Part shown: positions 9,440 to 17,916 of the stretch, piece after piece
Position numbering within the stretch: position 1 is the first letter of the stretch
How the letters are laid out: each line of letters begins with the position of its first letter
IMG/VR virus record: IMGVR_UViG_3300037502_001322
Span: 1-64,000 of that record
Length of the DNA: 64,000 nucleotides
Reading direction: 5' to 3' (one strand)
DNA from: a virus
Position numbers and translations under genes: made by a program
Notes under the pieces: model-generated
Database searches by the model: none
Told to the model about the DNA's origin: nothing
Seen by the model: the letters and a program-made list of their open reading frames with translations, nothing else

Positions 9440-9832
9440 ATGTCTTTGGAATATGAAAGGTACCAATCGTTTAACAAATTCTTAGAAGATAACGGAGATT
9501 GGTGTTTTATGCCTGCAATAGGGTTCAACACGATTTACCCTGTATGTTTTATAAATAAAACAGAAGATTTTATTGTTAGAGTAGAAGCTTTCTCGCTATC
9601 TAACCTTAATAGTATTCTTTGTATAAATGATAGAAATAGCTTACTTATGTTCACTGACACTGAAGGGTGGTCTTCAAAAAGTGTAATCCTTGTAGGAAAA
9701 GACCTTAACAGGGGTACAGATGATGTGTGTAGTATGTTTGAGGATTGGAAGACTCCAACACAAGAAGAGAAAGACTATTTTAAAATGATTTATGGTATGA
9801 CAATACCGTGGAATATTTTTGTCTGTAATTAA
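9440..9832 (+). CDS. hypothetical protein with shared C-terminal module
   Basis: GAGGT SD; MFEDWKTPTQEEKDYFKMIYGMTIPWN. Confidence 0.8.
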   Translation: MSLEYERYQSFNKFLEDNGDWCFMPAIGFNTIYPVCFINKTEDFIVRVEAFSLSNLNSILCINDRNSLLMFTDTEGWSSKSVILVGKDLNRGTDDVCSMFEDWKTPTQEEKDYFKMIYGMTIPWNIFVCN

Positions 9833-9912
9833 ACTGTTTGACTCTGAATTATTACTGTGATAAGGTATAATCATATTGATAATCACTTAGTCGCCTTCTT
9901 GGAGAATCTAAT

Positions 9913-10512
9913 ATGAATGTTAAATACAACACCAACGACTTATCAGAAAGATTACTTTATATCGAGAATCTTGAACACAAGATAAAATGTTTAAAGGGTC
10001 AGATTATTGCTAACAATGAAGGCGAATCTAAAATAAGGGAACATAAAGTCAGGTTGGAACGCTTTCAACAAGAATTAAATAAATTTAAAGGATCTAATAT
10101 GGACAGAATCCCTCTTACAGACAATGACGAGCACCATGATAAAGCCCAAGTCGGTTGTGAATCAGAAATTCCTTTTGATTTGCTTGTTGCAAATAAATAT
10201 AAACAGTTGTATAATTCTGCTATGTCAAGGAAGAAAGAGTTTGCACTGACTCTGAATGATGTTAGCAAGTTGCTCAAACGAAAGACCTGTCAGTATACAG
10301 GAGTTACTTTCGGGGAAGGCGATTTGTGCAGAAGCATAGATAGATTTGATAACAAAATAGGTTACACTAAAGAGAACTGTTTTGCTGTTACTAAACGAGC
10401 TAACGATATTAAGAATCATTTGCTTGAAAGGGAAGATTCTGCATTAGGTTTGAAATTTAAAGAGTTGAAGAGGTTTGTTGAAAGTTTAGATAAACTTGGT
10501 TTTAAAAGTTAA
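9913..10512 (+). CDS. protein with C-terminal HNH-like domain
   Basis: CQYTG...SIDRFDNKIGYTKENC...RAN motif. Confidence 0.7.
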   Translation: MNVKYNTNDLSERLLYIENLEHKIKCLKGQIIANNEGESKIREHKVRLERFQQELNKFKGSNMDRIPLTDNDEHHDKAQVGCESEIPFDLLVANKYKQLYNSAMSRKKEFALTLNDVSKLLKRKTCQYTGVTFGEGDLCRSIDRFDNKIGYTKENCFAVTKRANDIKNHLLEREDSALGLKFKELKRFVESLDKLGFKS

Positions 10513-10535
10513 GTTGATTGAAGGAGAATTGTGTG

Positions 10536-10834
10536 ATGAAAAATCAATATGGGTGGGAAGTTGGAGAGATTGGTATAGTAACTGAAGAAAGTGGATTTTC
10601 TAAAGGAAGTATTGTACAATTCGAAACAGATGACGGGACTGACACCCCCCTTTATGGAAGCTATTGAGTGGTAATTGCGAATATAGATTATCTGAAGGAA
10701 ATCAACCGGGAGCATATTGTTTTTATGATATTGTAATCAACCTATCAGGTTATTTCAAGAATTGGAAAAATCCGACACAAGAAGAAAGAGACTATTTCGA
10801 AATGATTTATGGAATCGATATTAAAGATATTTAA
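10536..10834 (+). pseudogene. frameshifted member of the shared C-terminal module family (shift at C6 tract 10645-10650)
   Basis: AAGGAG SD + ATG 10536; frame stops after DTPLYGSY; -1 frame continues LWKLLSGNCEY...YFKNWKNPTQEERDYFEMIYG. Confidence 0.7.
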
Positions 10835-11306
10835 TAATAGGGGAATATTCATGGCTACGACCACATCTAACAAAGTCAATATATTTATTGGTAAGAATAT
10901 TGAAGAGCTAACCTTTACTAAAGGTGGTTACTCTCAAAAAGAAAAACAAAACCTACCTTTTATTATAGAAGATCATAAGACAATAGTAGTTGATGTGATG
11001 AGTGCAGCTTGGGAATTTCCTGAAGAAAGGAAACACACGCACAAGCTTGCACAAGAATTAGTCAGACAGTTAAAGATGATTGAATATTACGATATTAATA
11101 TTATGACACACTCAAAAACTTGTATTGAAGTGGTCAGTGAGTTTATAGTGCAAGGTAAGTTGAAACCAGAACAAGTTTCTGTAACTATAATTTCTAATGA
11201 TAATAAAAATATTGAGCAAGTTTGCGGTTTTGATAGGGATGGTTGTTTAGAAGAAGGTTGGCCTATTGGCTTCATGAGTGTTGATTGGCAAGAATTAGAA
11301 TTGTGA
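10809..11306 (+). CDS. DUF3696-like protein (degenerate ABC/AAA ATPase C-terminal part); likely start 10851
   Basis: FPEERKH...IMTHS...FDRDGCLEEGWPIGF. Confidence 0.55.
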   Translation: MESILKIFNNRGIFMATTTSNKVNIFIGKNIEELTFTKGGYSQKEKQNLPFIIEDHKTIVVDVMSAAWEFPEERKHTHKLAQELVRQLKMIEYYDINIMTHSKTCIEVVSEFIVQGKLKPEQVSVTIISNDNKNIEQVCGFDRDGCLEEGWPIGFMSVDWQELEL

Positions 11307-11326
11307 CAGAGTAAGAGGAATTACTT

Positions 11327-11740
11327 ATGAGTTATGAAGAGAAACAAGAAATTAAAGATTTTATCGTTAAGATTGAAAATATGTTGAAGACTAAATCTGC
11401 TGATGAAGTTTCTGAAGAGATTTATAAAATTGCAGAGAGTTTAGTAAAAGAACAAGAATTAGCAGCTCAGATAGAACTGCTAAACATAGATCAGTGGTAC
11501 CAACACGAAGGCTTGACATTAACTTCTGCTATTATTAGTATGCTTGAGAAAGAGTTAGGTTATCCTGAAGACAGTTGGGATGAAACTTTTAAACACCAAG
11601 TTTGTCATCCTTCAATCTGGAATGAAAGAACTAATAATTTGTTGAAGAATGCTATTGACAATCTTGCTGAGTTGTACCAAGCTATAGGCGAGTGGGAGGA
11701 AGATTTTGATGATAGTGTTAATAAAGGGGAGTCAGAATGA
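11327..11740 (+). CDS. hypothetical protein
   Basis: GAGGA SD, 137 aa. Confidence 0.75.
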   Translation: MSYEEKQEIKDFIVKIENMLKTKSADEVSEEIYKIAESLVKEQELAAQIELLNIDQWYQHEGLTLTSAIISMLEKELGYPEDSWDETFKHQVCHPSIWNERTNNLLKNAIDNLAELYQAIGEWEEDFDDSVNKGESE

Positions 11741-11979
11741 AAGTTGAACAACGAACAGTCTATATTGCACATGACGGTAAAGAATTTGATTCAGCAGGAG
11801 CTTGTCACGATTATGAAGATTCTTTAGCATTGCAAGATTATTTTGAGGAATCTTGTTACCATTATTACGGTAGGTTGCAGTTGGAAGATGTTCATGCTTT
11901 GAAGGATTTCCTGAAGCAAGGCAAAGAACATATTTTACCTTTTATGGGTTGGAAAGAAATAGAAGCTGATGGTACTTAA
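11737..11979 (+). CDS. hypothetical protein
   Basis: ATGA overlap; YIAHDGKEFDS...C..YE phage motif. Confidence 0.75.
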   Translation: MKVEQRTVYIAHDGKEFDSAGACHDYEDSLALQDYFEESCYHYYGRLQLEDVHALKDFLKQGKEHILPFMGWKEIEADGT

Positions 11980-11990
11980 ATAATAATTAA

Positions 11991-12251
11991 TTGATTAATT
12001 TAGAAAAAGGAGTTGATATGGGTGTTTTAGCTTGCGACAGAAATGGCTGTCATCACATTATGTGTCAATATGTCTCTAACAGTTACGGATATCTCTGTGA
12101 GTATTGTTTTGAAGAATTGAAAAGCAAACCTAACGCAGATATCTATGAGTTCATGAATTCAGAACCTACTCCAGAAGAAAGTAACTACCTATGGACAACT
12201 TTTATTGAATCTGAGTTTAAGGATCGATACTGCGAGGACTTTGATGAATAA
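11991..12251 (+). CDS. Cys-rich hypothetical protein (start likely MGVLAC, 12018)
   Basis: AGGAG SD; CxxxxC...CxxC. Confidence 0.7.
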   Translation: MINLEKGVDMGVLACDRNGCHHIMCQYVSNSYGYLCEYCFEELKSKPNADIYEFMNSEPTPEESNYLWTTFIESEFKDRYCEDFDE

Positions 12252-13536
12252 ACTTACTTATGGAACAACAGAAGATGCGCTTGACTTGATATTGTCAGGA
12301 GAGAACTGTTGCATAACTGGTCCGGGAGGTTCAGGCAAGAGCCATCTTATTGGAACTATTAAAACCTTCTTTGAGAGTGACACAATCTTTGTTGCACCGA
12401 CAGGGTTAGCTGCCCTAAACATTGGTGGGCAGACTTGTCACAGAACCTTTGGATTGGGTTTTGGTGTATATAAACAAGGTCTTCCATTTAAATTGAATAA
12501 GGAACGTAAAGCTGTTCTCTCCTCTAAACAAATTAGTCGCATAGTGATAGACGAAGCTTTCTCTCTTCGTACTGACAAGTTTATTGAAATCATTGATAAA
12601 CTAAAATGGATTAGAAAGATAAAGAAAGGACAGAAGCTTGACTTGCAAGTTATTCTGTTAGGAGACTGTTTACAGATAGGTCCAGTAACATCTCAAAAAG
12701 AATACAAAGAGTTCTATGAGAATTATGACTCACCTTATGTGTTTGATTGTGAAACTTTCAACGAACTTGACTTTAAACGAATTGAGCTAACTAAAATTTA
12801 TCGACAATCAGATGTTGAATTTAAGTCTATTCTGAATAAAGTAAGAAAAGCAGAGGATGTTAGAGAGTGTTGTCATTATCTTAATTCTAAAGTTGTTGGG
12901 AAACCAATAAAACAGAATAGTGTAGTTATCGCCACAACCAATAAGGATGTTGATCGGATAAATAAGACAGCACTAAATAAGATTGAAGGTTTCCATAAAA
13001 CTTTCTATGCAAGTGTTGTTGGTGATTTTAAAGAGCAACCTGCACCACAAACATTAGAGTTGAAAGTCGGTGCTCAGGTTATTATCACTGCCAATTCTGG
13101 TTTGACTGAATTGAAACAAACGTACATTAACGGCAATGTTGGTGTTGTTGAAAAGATAACAAATTATAAAATAGATGTTAGGATAGCTGATGACTCTGAG
13201 TTGAAAGGAGAATTAGTTTCTTTAAGCAAACACACGTGGTACAATGTAGAACAATATGTTTATAAACATCCTAACGGGAGAGAAGAGCTTAAAGAAAGAA
13301 TGATTGGTTCTTATGAACAGTTTCCTGTTAAACTTGGATTTGCCATATCAGCACATAAATCCCAAGGTCAAACCTTCAGTGATGCACATCTTGATTTTGG
13401 TTATCGTTGCTTTGCTCCAAGTCAAGCGTACGTTGCATTGTCAAGGGTTAAATCTGTAGAAGGAATAACCTTTGAAAGACCGATAAAACCTGAAGATATT
13501 TTTGTTGACAGTAAAGCGTTGAGGTATTATAGTTAG
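12205..13536 (+). CDS. Pif1/RecD-like SF1B DNA helicase
   Basis: GPGGSGKS, VAPTGLAA, IDE, GDCLQ, YRQ, HKSQG, QAYVALSR. Confidence 0.93.
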   Translation: MNLSLRIDTARTLMNKLTYGTTEDALDLILSGENCCITGPGGSGKSHLIGTIKTFFESDTIFVAPTGLAALNIGGQTCHRTFGLGFGVYKQGLPFKLNKERKAVLSSKQISRIVIDEAFSLRTDKFIEIIDKLKWIRKIKKGQKLDLQVILLGDCLQIGPVTSQKEYKEFYENYDSPYVFDCETFNELDFKRIELTKIYRQSDVEFKSILNKVRKAEDVRECCHYLNSKVVGKPIKQNSVVIATTNKDVDRINKTALNKIEGFHKTFYASVVGDFKEQPAPQTLELKVGAQVIITANSGLTELKQTYINGNVGVVEKITNYKIDVRIADDSELKGELVSLSKHTWYNVEQYVYKHPNGREELKERMIGSYEQFPVKLGFAISAHKSQGQTFSDAHLDFGYRCFAPSQAYVALSRVKSVEGITFERPIKPEDIFVDSKALRYYS

Positions 13537-13582
13537 GTTGTATTCAGATACACAAGCATTACAACAGATTAGGAGATAACAA

Positions 13583-13777
13583 ATGAAAGATTATTCACAA
13601 ATTAATGTTAAAGATATGACTGACCAAGAACTGAACGGACGACTATGCTTTCTTGCTCGTGAACGACTTTACTTTGAGAAAGAGCTTCTTTTGATTAACG
13701 GTGAAATCTCAGAAGTGTTGGAAGAACAAGGTCAACGTAATTTTAAAAAGAGTATGAGGGGTTCTGAAAATGATTAG
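13583..13777 (+). CDS. hypothetical protein
   Basis: AGGAG SD. Confidence 0.65.
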   Translation: MKDYSQINVKDMTDQELNGRLCFLARERLYFEKELLLINGEISEVLEEQGQRNFKKSMRGSEND

Positions 13778-14090
13778 AATATACAAACGGCTTCTTAAAT
13801 TTTGCAGAAATAAAGTGAGAGAACAACATTTACAGAAATATAACAATGATGTGAAATGTCCAAACTGTAATGATTGGTTTTCTCTGTCTTCGCTAAACTA
13901 TAAACATGAACATGTCACTAATCCTTCATGGGGTTTTCATCTCAAATGTGGGCAGTGTAAACATGAATCTTATTGGAATGCTGAGATAGCTCCCGTTCTA
14001 ATTTTGTGTAATGCTAATGGGATTCCTTTAGAAAAGAATCCTAAAATAGTGACAACAACCAAAGGTTATTTAAATGATGAACAGCTTTGA
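13770..14090 (+). CDS. zinc-ribbon hypothetical protein
   Basis: CPNC...CGQC. Confidence 0.7.
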   Translation: MIRIYKRLLKFCRNKVREQHLQKYNNDVKCPNCNDWFSLSSLNYKHEHVTNPSWGFHLKCGQCKHESYWNAEIAPVLILCNANGIPLEKNPKIVTTTKGYLNDEQL

Positions 14091-14322
14091 TGATTTAATT
14101 CTTGAGTTTGCAAGACAAAACATAGATATCATGCGAGATAAGAGTTATGACTTTTGGGATGTGAATGTAGATCAATTAAATGTTATTGAACGCAGCCTTC
14201 ACGATTGGAATGTTGTATTTTCCTTGAGTTCACGTGATGTTTATGAGATCATTAACAGCGAGACAGTAGAGATTACCTTTGAAGAATTGTTGCTGTGGTT
14301 GTACAACAAAAAGACACAATAA
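14074..14322 (+). CDS. hypothetical protein
   Basis: ORF in operon context. Confidence 0.6.
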   Translation: MMNSFDDLILEFARQNIDIMRDKSYDFWDVNVDQLNVIERSLHDWNVVFSLSSRDVYEIINSETVEITFEELLLWLYNKKTQ

Positions 14323-14339
14323 AAACAAAAGGGTAATTT

Positions 14340-14699
14340 ATGGAAGAATCTAAAATTAAAGATTTGAGTTATATTGTCAGCGACTTTAACGAGGAATACA
14401 TTGGTGTAGACCTTGTAGTTATGTCGGAAGGGAGGCAAGAAGTCTTCACGATTGAAGCTGATTATTCAGTTAAAAACTCAATAGATGAATTGTGTTTCGA
14501 CAGTGTAAATAATCACGTTAGTCTTGTTTCTGACTCTGAACAAGATTGTGAAATAGTTGTTGAGTCTTTTGATGTTTACGACCAGCATGGTCAAATCAGT
14601 TATAAGCTTGATGAGATTTATTCTGAAAATGAATTAGAATCTTTCTTGACAAAATTGATTCATAACCGTATAATGTTTAGTCACGTCATTGATAACTAA
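14340..14699 (+). CDS. acidic hypothetical protein
   Basis: ORF rich in D/E. Confidence 0.7.
   Translation: MEESKIKDLSYIVSDFNEEYIGVDLVVMSEGRQEVFTIEADYSVKNSIDELCFDSVNNHVSLVSDSEQDCEIVVESFDVYDQHGQISYKLDEIYSENELESFLTKLIHNRIMFSHVIDN
14646..14674 (+). promoter_or_regulatory. consensus sigma70 promoter
   Basis: TTGACA-N17-TATAAT. Confidence 0.75.
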
Positions 14700-14716
14700 G
14701 TTGAGAGGAATAGGAA

Positions 14717-15229
14717 ATGAAAGACAATCAAAAAGAACAACAAGAAGTTATTCGCAATGTTCAATCTGCATTGAACCTGCTTGACACTTATATGCAATCA
14801 ACCAATCAAGCTTTCAGGAATGTTCTTATTGCTGGAGTTCAAACAGGAGGATTCAATTCTCTTGAAGTGCAAGTGATTAGCCTTAAGCGATTCATGAATG
14901 CTCTTGGTTATGTGGAAGTCTATGCTGGAGAAGACAACGAGCAAATGACACGAGGATTTATTCTTAAACATCCTTATGTCCATAAAGACTGTTTGCCTGT
15001 CTCTGTTAGTTTTAATGATGCTATTTATCTGCATAACGTTGCTTTCGCTGAAATGAATAATCTGCCTTTTGTGACTATTAAGAAAATTCCTCGTGGATTG
15101 ATTGAAGATGCACGGCACTTCAAGATTGTTCAAACTATCGGACTTCAGGTTGTGAAGCAAACAATGAAACGAAATAATAAACGTGGTTCTGTTATTCGGA
15201 CAACAAAAGAATTTGTTAAGTTTGTTTAA
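14717..15229 (+). CDS. hypothetical protein
   Basis: GAGGA SD, 170 aa. Confidence 0.75.
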   Translation: MKDNQKEQQEVIRNVQSALNLLDTYMQSTNQAFRNVLIAGVQTGGFNSLEVQVISLKRFMNALGYVEVYAGEDNEQMTRGFILKHPYVHKDCLPVSVSFNDAIYLHNVAFAEMNNLPFVTIKKIPRGLIEDARHFKIVQTIGLQVVKQTMKRNNKRGSVIRTTKEFVKFV

Positions 15230-15247
15230 AAATAGTTAACTTATTTA

Positions 15248-17086
15248 TTGGGAGACTATGATTTGAAGGTAGAGAGGTATGGTGTTAGTATTGACTTAAG
15301 CTATGAACATAAAACTGGTTGCCCTAAATGTATATCTCAAGGTAGAGATAAGAAAGGTGAGAACCTTCACGTTTATGGCTTAGGGGACAATAAAAGGCAC
15401 TTAGGTGCTTTTTGTTTTAGTTCTTCTTGTGGGTATACAATACCTTCGGAAGATTGGTTAGAAGAAAACAGACCAATTAAAATAGAAGATATGGAGTATG
15501 AACTATTGAGTACAGAATTTAATAAAGAGGTACACGATGGCATTAAGTCTATTACAACCTTTAATAGCAAAGGTTATCGTGGAATCTCCACGGAAACGTC
15601 TAAGTATTTTGGAGTTAGGTATGAGTGCAGCCAAGAAACTGGAGATGTGGTGGCATCATACTATCCCGTAACTAAAGGGGTTACTGAAGGAATACCTGTA
15701 GGAGATGCCATTACAGGATATAAAATTAGACAGCACCCAAAAAGTTTTAGGGCTGTCGGTGAGGTTGGTAAAGAAAGTGATTTGTTTGGTATGTTTAGGT
15801 TTCAAAGTCACAAAGGTATTCTTGTAATTTGTGGTGGTGAAGTTGATCAATTATCTATGTATCAGGTTTTGAAAGAAGACTATGATAAGAGGGGTAATAC
15901 TAAATATGATGAAGTAGCTGTAGTTAGCCCTACCACAGGTGAGGGAAGTATTTCACAGATCAAGTATCATTATAATTACTTCAAGAACTTTAATAAAATT
16001 ATTATTGCTTACGACAATGACGAGGCAGGAAGAATAGCAACAGAAGCCACCGCCCAGGTTCTTCCAAGAGGTAAGGTTTTTGTTATGCCACTAAGAAATA
16101 AAGATATAAATGAATACATTCAAAAAGGAATGGAAAAACAACTGATATCTGATTTCTGGTCTGCTAAGCCTTGGACTCCAGATGGTGTTAAGAGCAGCTT
16201 TGATGGTTTCTATGATATTGAATCAGAACTTCTTCGTGAAAGAATAACTTTGCCTCCATATATGCACAAACTACAGTACAATATGGGAGGAGGGTTTGTG
16301 CAGGGCGCCACTCACAACATAATTGCCGCTACAGGTGTTAGCAAGACTACCCATGTCAGGCATATGGTTTACCATATGATAATGAACTCTGGACTAAAGC
16401 CTACGATTATTTCATTAGAAGAAACAGCAGTTAAGTATAACTTAGAACTTCTTCAGCTTCATGCAAAAGAAAACTTTATGTTCGGAAAGACAGGTCAAGA
16501 GATAATAGATTACCTTAAAACACCAAGAATGGCCAAACTTCAACAGGAACTTATTATGGATGAAAACGGACAACCAAGATATTATATCCTCGATGAGCGT
16601 TCTGGCAATATCAAGTCAATAGAAGATTTGATTGAAATGCTTCACAAGAAGCATGGCAGTGAGATTTTTATTTGTGATGTTCTTAGCGACCTTCTTCGTG
16701 GCAGTAGTGCAGATTTGGCAGAAGATCATATGGCATTCCAACGCAGAATGAATAAAGAAGGAGTGACATTCTTTAATACTCACCACACAAGAAAGCCTTC
16801 AGCAGACAAGGATGGTAAAGAAAGAAAAACAACAGAATATGATGTACTTGGTACAGGAAGTTTTGTGCAATCAGGGCACACTAATATTGTACTTAACAGG
16901 GACAAGTTAGCACAAAATGGAATAGAACGTAACACTACTCAAGTCAGTATGCCTAAGTGTCGTGGAGGTATAACTGGGGAAGTAACTGGATGGTTTTGGG
17001 ATTTTAATACATTACAGTGTTATGATGTAGAAGATTACAAGAAAGATAATCCTCATTTATTTGTAGGAGAAAGTAATAATGAGTGA
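15248..17086 (+). CDS. T7 gp4-like DNA primase-helicase
   Basis: N-terminal CPKC...C zinc finger, TOPRIM GEVD and YDNDEAG, KDINEY, SF4 helicase motifs (AATGVSKT, SLEE, HHTRK, KCR). Confidence 0.92.
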   Translation: MGDYDLKVERYGVSIDLSYEHKTGCPKCISQGRDKKGENLHVYGLGDNKRHLGAFCFSSSCGYTIPSEDWLEENRPIKIEDMEYELLSTEFNKEVHDGIKSITTFNSKGYRGISTETSKYFGVRYECSQETGDVVASYYPVTKGVTEGIPVGDAITGYKIRQHPKSFRAVGEVGKESDLFGMFRFQSHKGILVICGGEVDQLSMYQVLKEDYDKRGNTKYDEVAVVSPTTGEGSISQIKYHYNYFKNFNKIIIAYDNDEAGRIATEATAQVLPRGKVFVMPLRNKDINEYIQKGMEKQLISDFWSAKPWTPDGVKSSFDGFYDIESELLRERITLPPYMHKLQYNMGGGFVQGATHNIIAATGVSKTTHVRHMVYHMIMNSGLKPTIISLEETAVKYNLELLQLHAKENFMFGKTGQEIIDYLKTPRMAKLQQELIMDENGQPRYYILDERSGNIKSIEDLIEMLHKKHGSEIFICDVLSDLLRGSSADLAEDHMAFQRRMNKEGVTFFNTHHTRKPSADKDGKERKTTEYDVLGTGSFVQSGHTNIVLNRDKLAQNGIERNTTQVSMPKCRGGITGEVTGWFWDFNTLQCYDVEDYKKDNPHLFVGESNNE

Positions 17087-17858
17087 AAATAGTAGATCTA
17101 AAAAGATTATACAAACAAAAGCTAAGAATTATGTAGGAAAGACCTTCAAGGTTAATTGTGGTTGGGTAGGAGAGGTTCTTGAATATAAAGGGAGTAGCGA
17201 CCTTACCGTTAGGTGGCAAGATGGCAGTGTAGAGGATAAAATTTACTCTGCTAATCTTAAATCTGGGTCACACAGGCCAAAAATGTTTCCTGGTGTTGTT
17301 GGAGTAGGGATTTTCGATAAAAGAGGACAAGAGTACTGCAAAGACATATATTGGAAGTGGTCAAGTATGATTAAGAGGTGCTATTGTGAACACTACCTTA
17401 AAGATAAACCTACATACAGAGGAGTCACTGTCTCTGAGGAGTGGAAAGTGTTCAGTAATTTCAGTAAGTGGGCAGAGCAGTTTGGGGATATAAAGAGCCT
17501 TGAGTTGGATAAAGATTTCTTGGGAGACGGGACGCATTATTCAGAGGAAACGTGTTGTTTCATACCAAGCTATATTAATAGTTTAGATATACACAATATC
17601 TATGGCAGTAAGGGAGTAACTTATAATAAGAGGTTAGATAAATGGGAGGCAAGTGTAAGTAACACTCAGTATTGTGGAAGAAGAGAGAATAAATATATAG
17701 GAGTGTACTTTGACAAAGAAGATGCCCACTTGGCTTATATTAGGGCCAAAAAGAATGTAGTTCTTGAAAGACTTGATTGGTACAGAAAAGAAGATTTTTA
17801 TGATAGTAGGGTAGAGGGTACTATACTTAGAAGTAAACTTTTCACAGATTATCAATAA
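17079..17858 (+). CDS. free-standing HNH homing endonuclease with AP2-like domain
   Basis: WSSMIKRCY, ELDKD..G..YSEETCCF, GVTYNKR..KWEA..YIGVYFDKEDAHLAY. Confidence 0.85.
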   Translation: MSENSRSKKIIQTKAKNYVGKTFKVNCGWVGEVLEYKGSSDLTVRWQDGSVEDKIYSANLKSGSHRPKMFPGVVGVGIFDKRGQEYCKDIYWKWSSMIKRCYCEHYLKDKPTYRGVTVSEEWKVFSNFSKWAEQFGDIKSLELDKDFLGDGTHYSEETCCFIPSYINSLDIHNIYGSKGVTYNKRLDKWEASVSNTQYCGRRENKYIGVYFDKEDAHLAYIRAKKNVVLERLDWYRKEDFYDSRVEGTILRSKLFTDYQ

Positions 17859-17916
17859 AAAGATCTTTACTAATCGTTCCCTTCAGTGTACTATATAAAA
17901 ATACAAAGGAGGTTAA

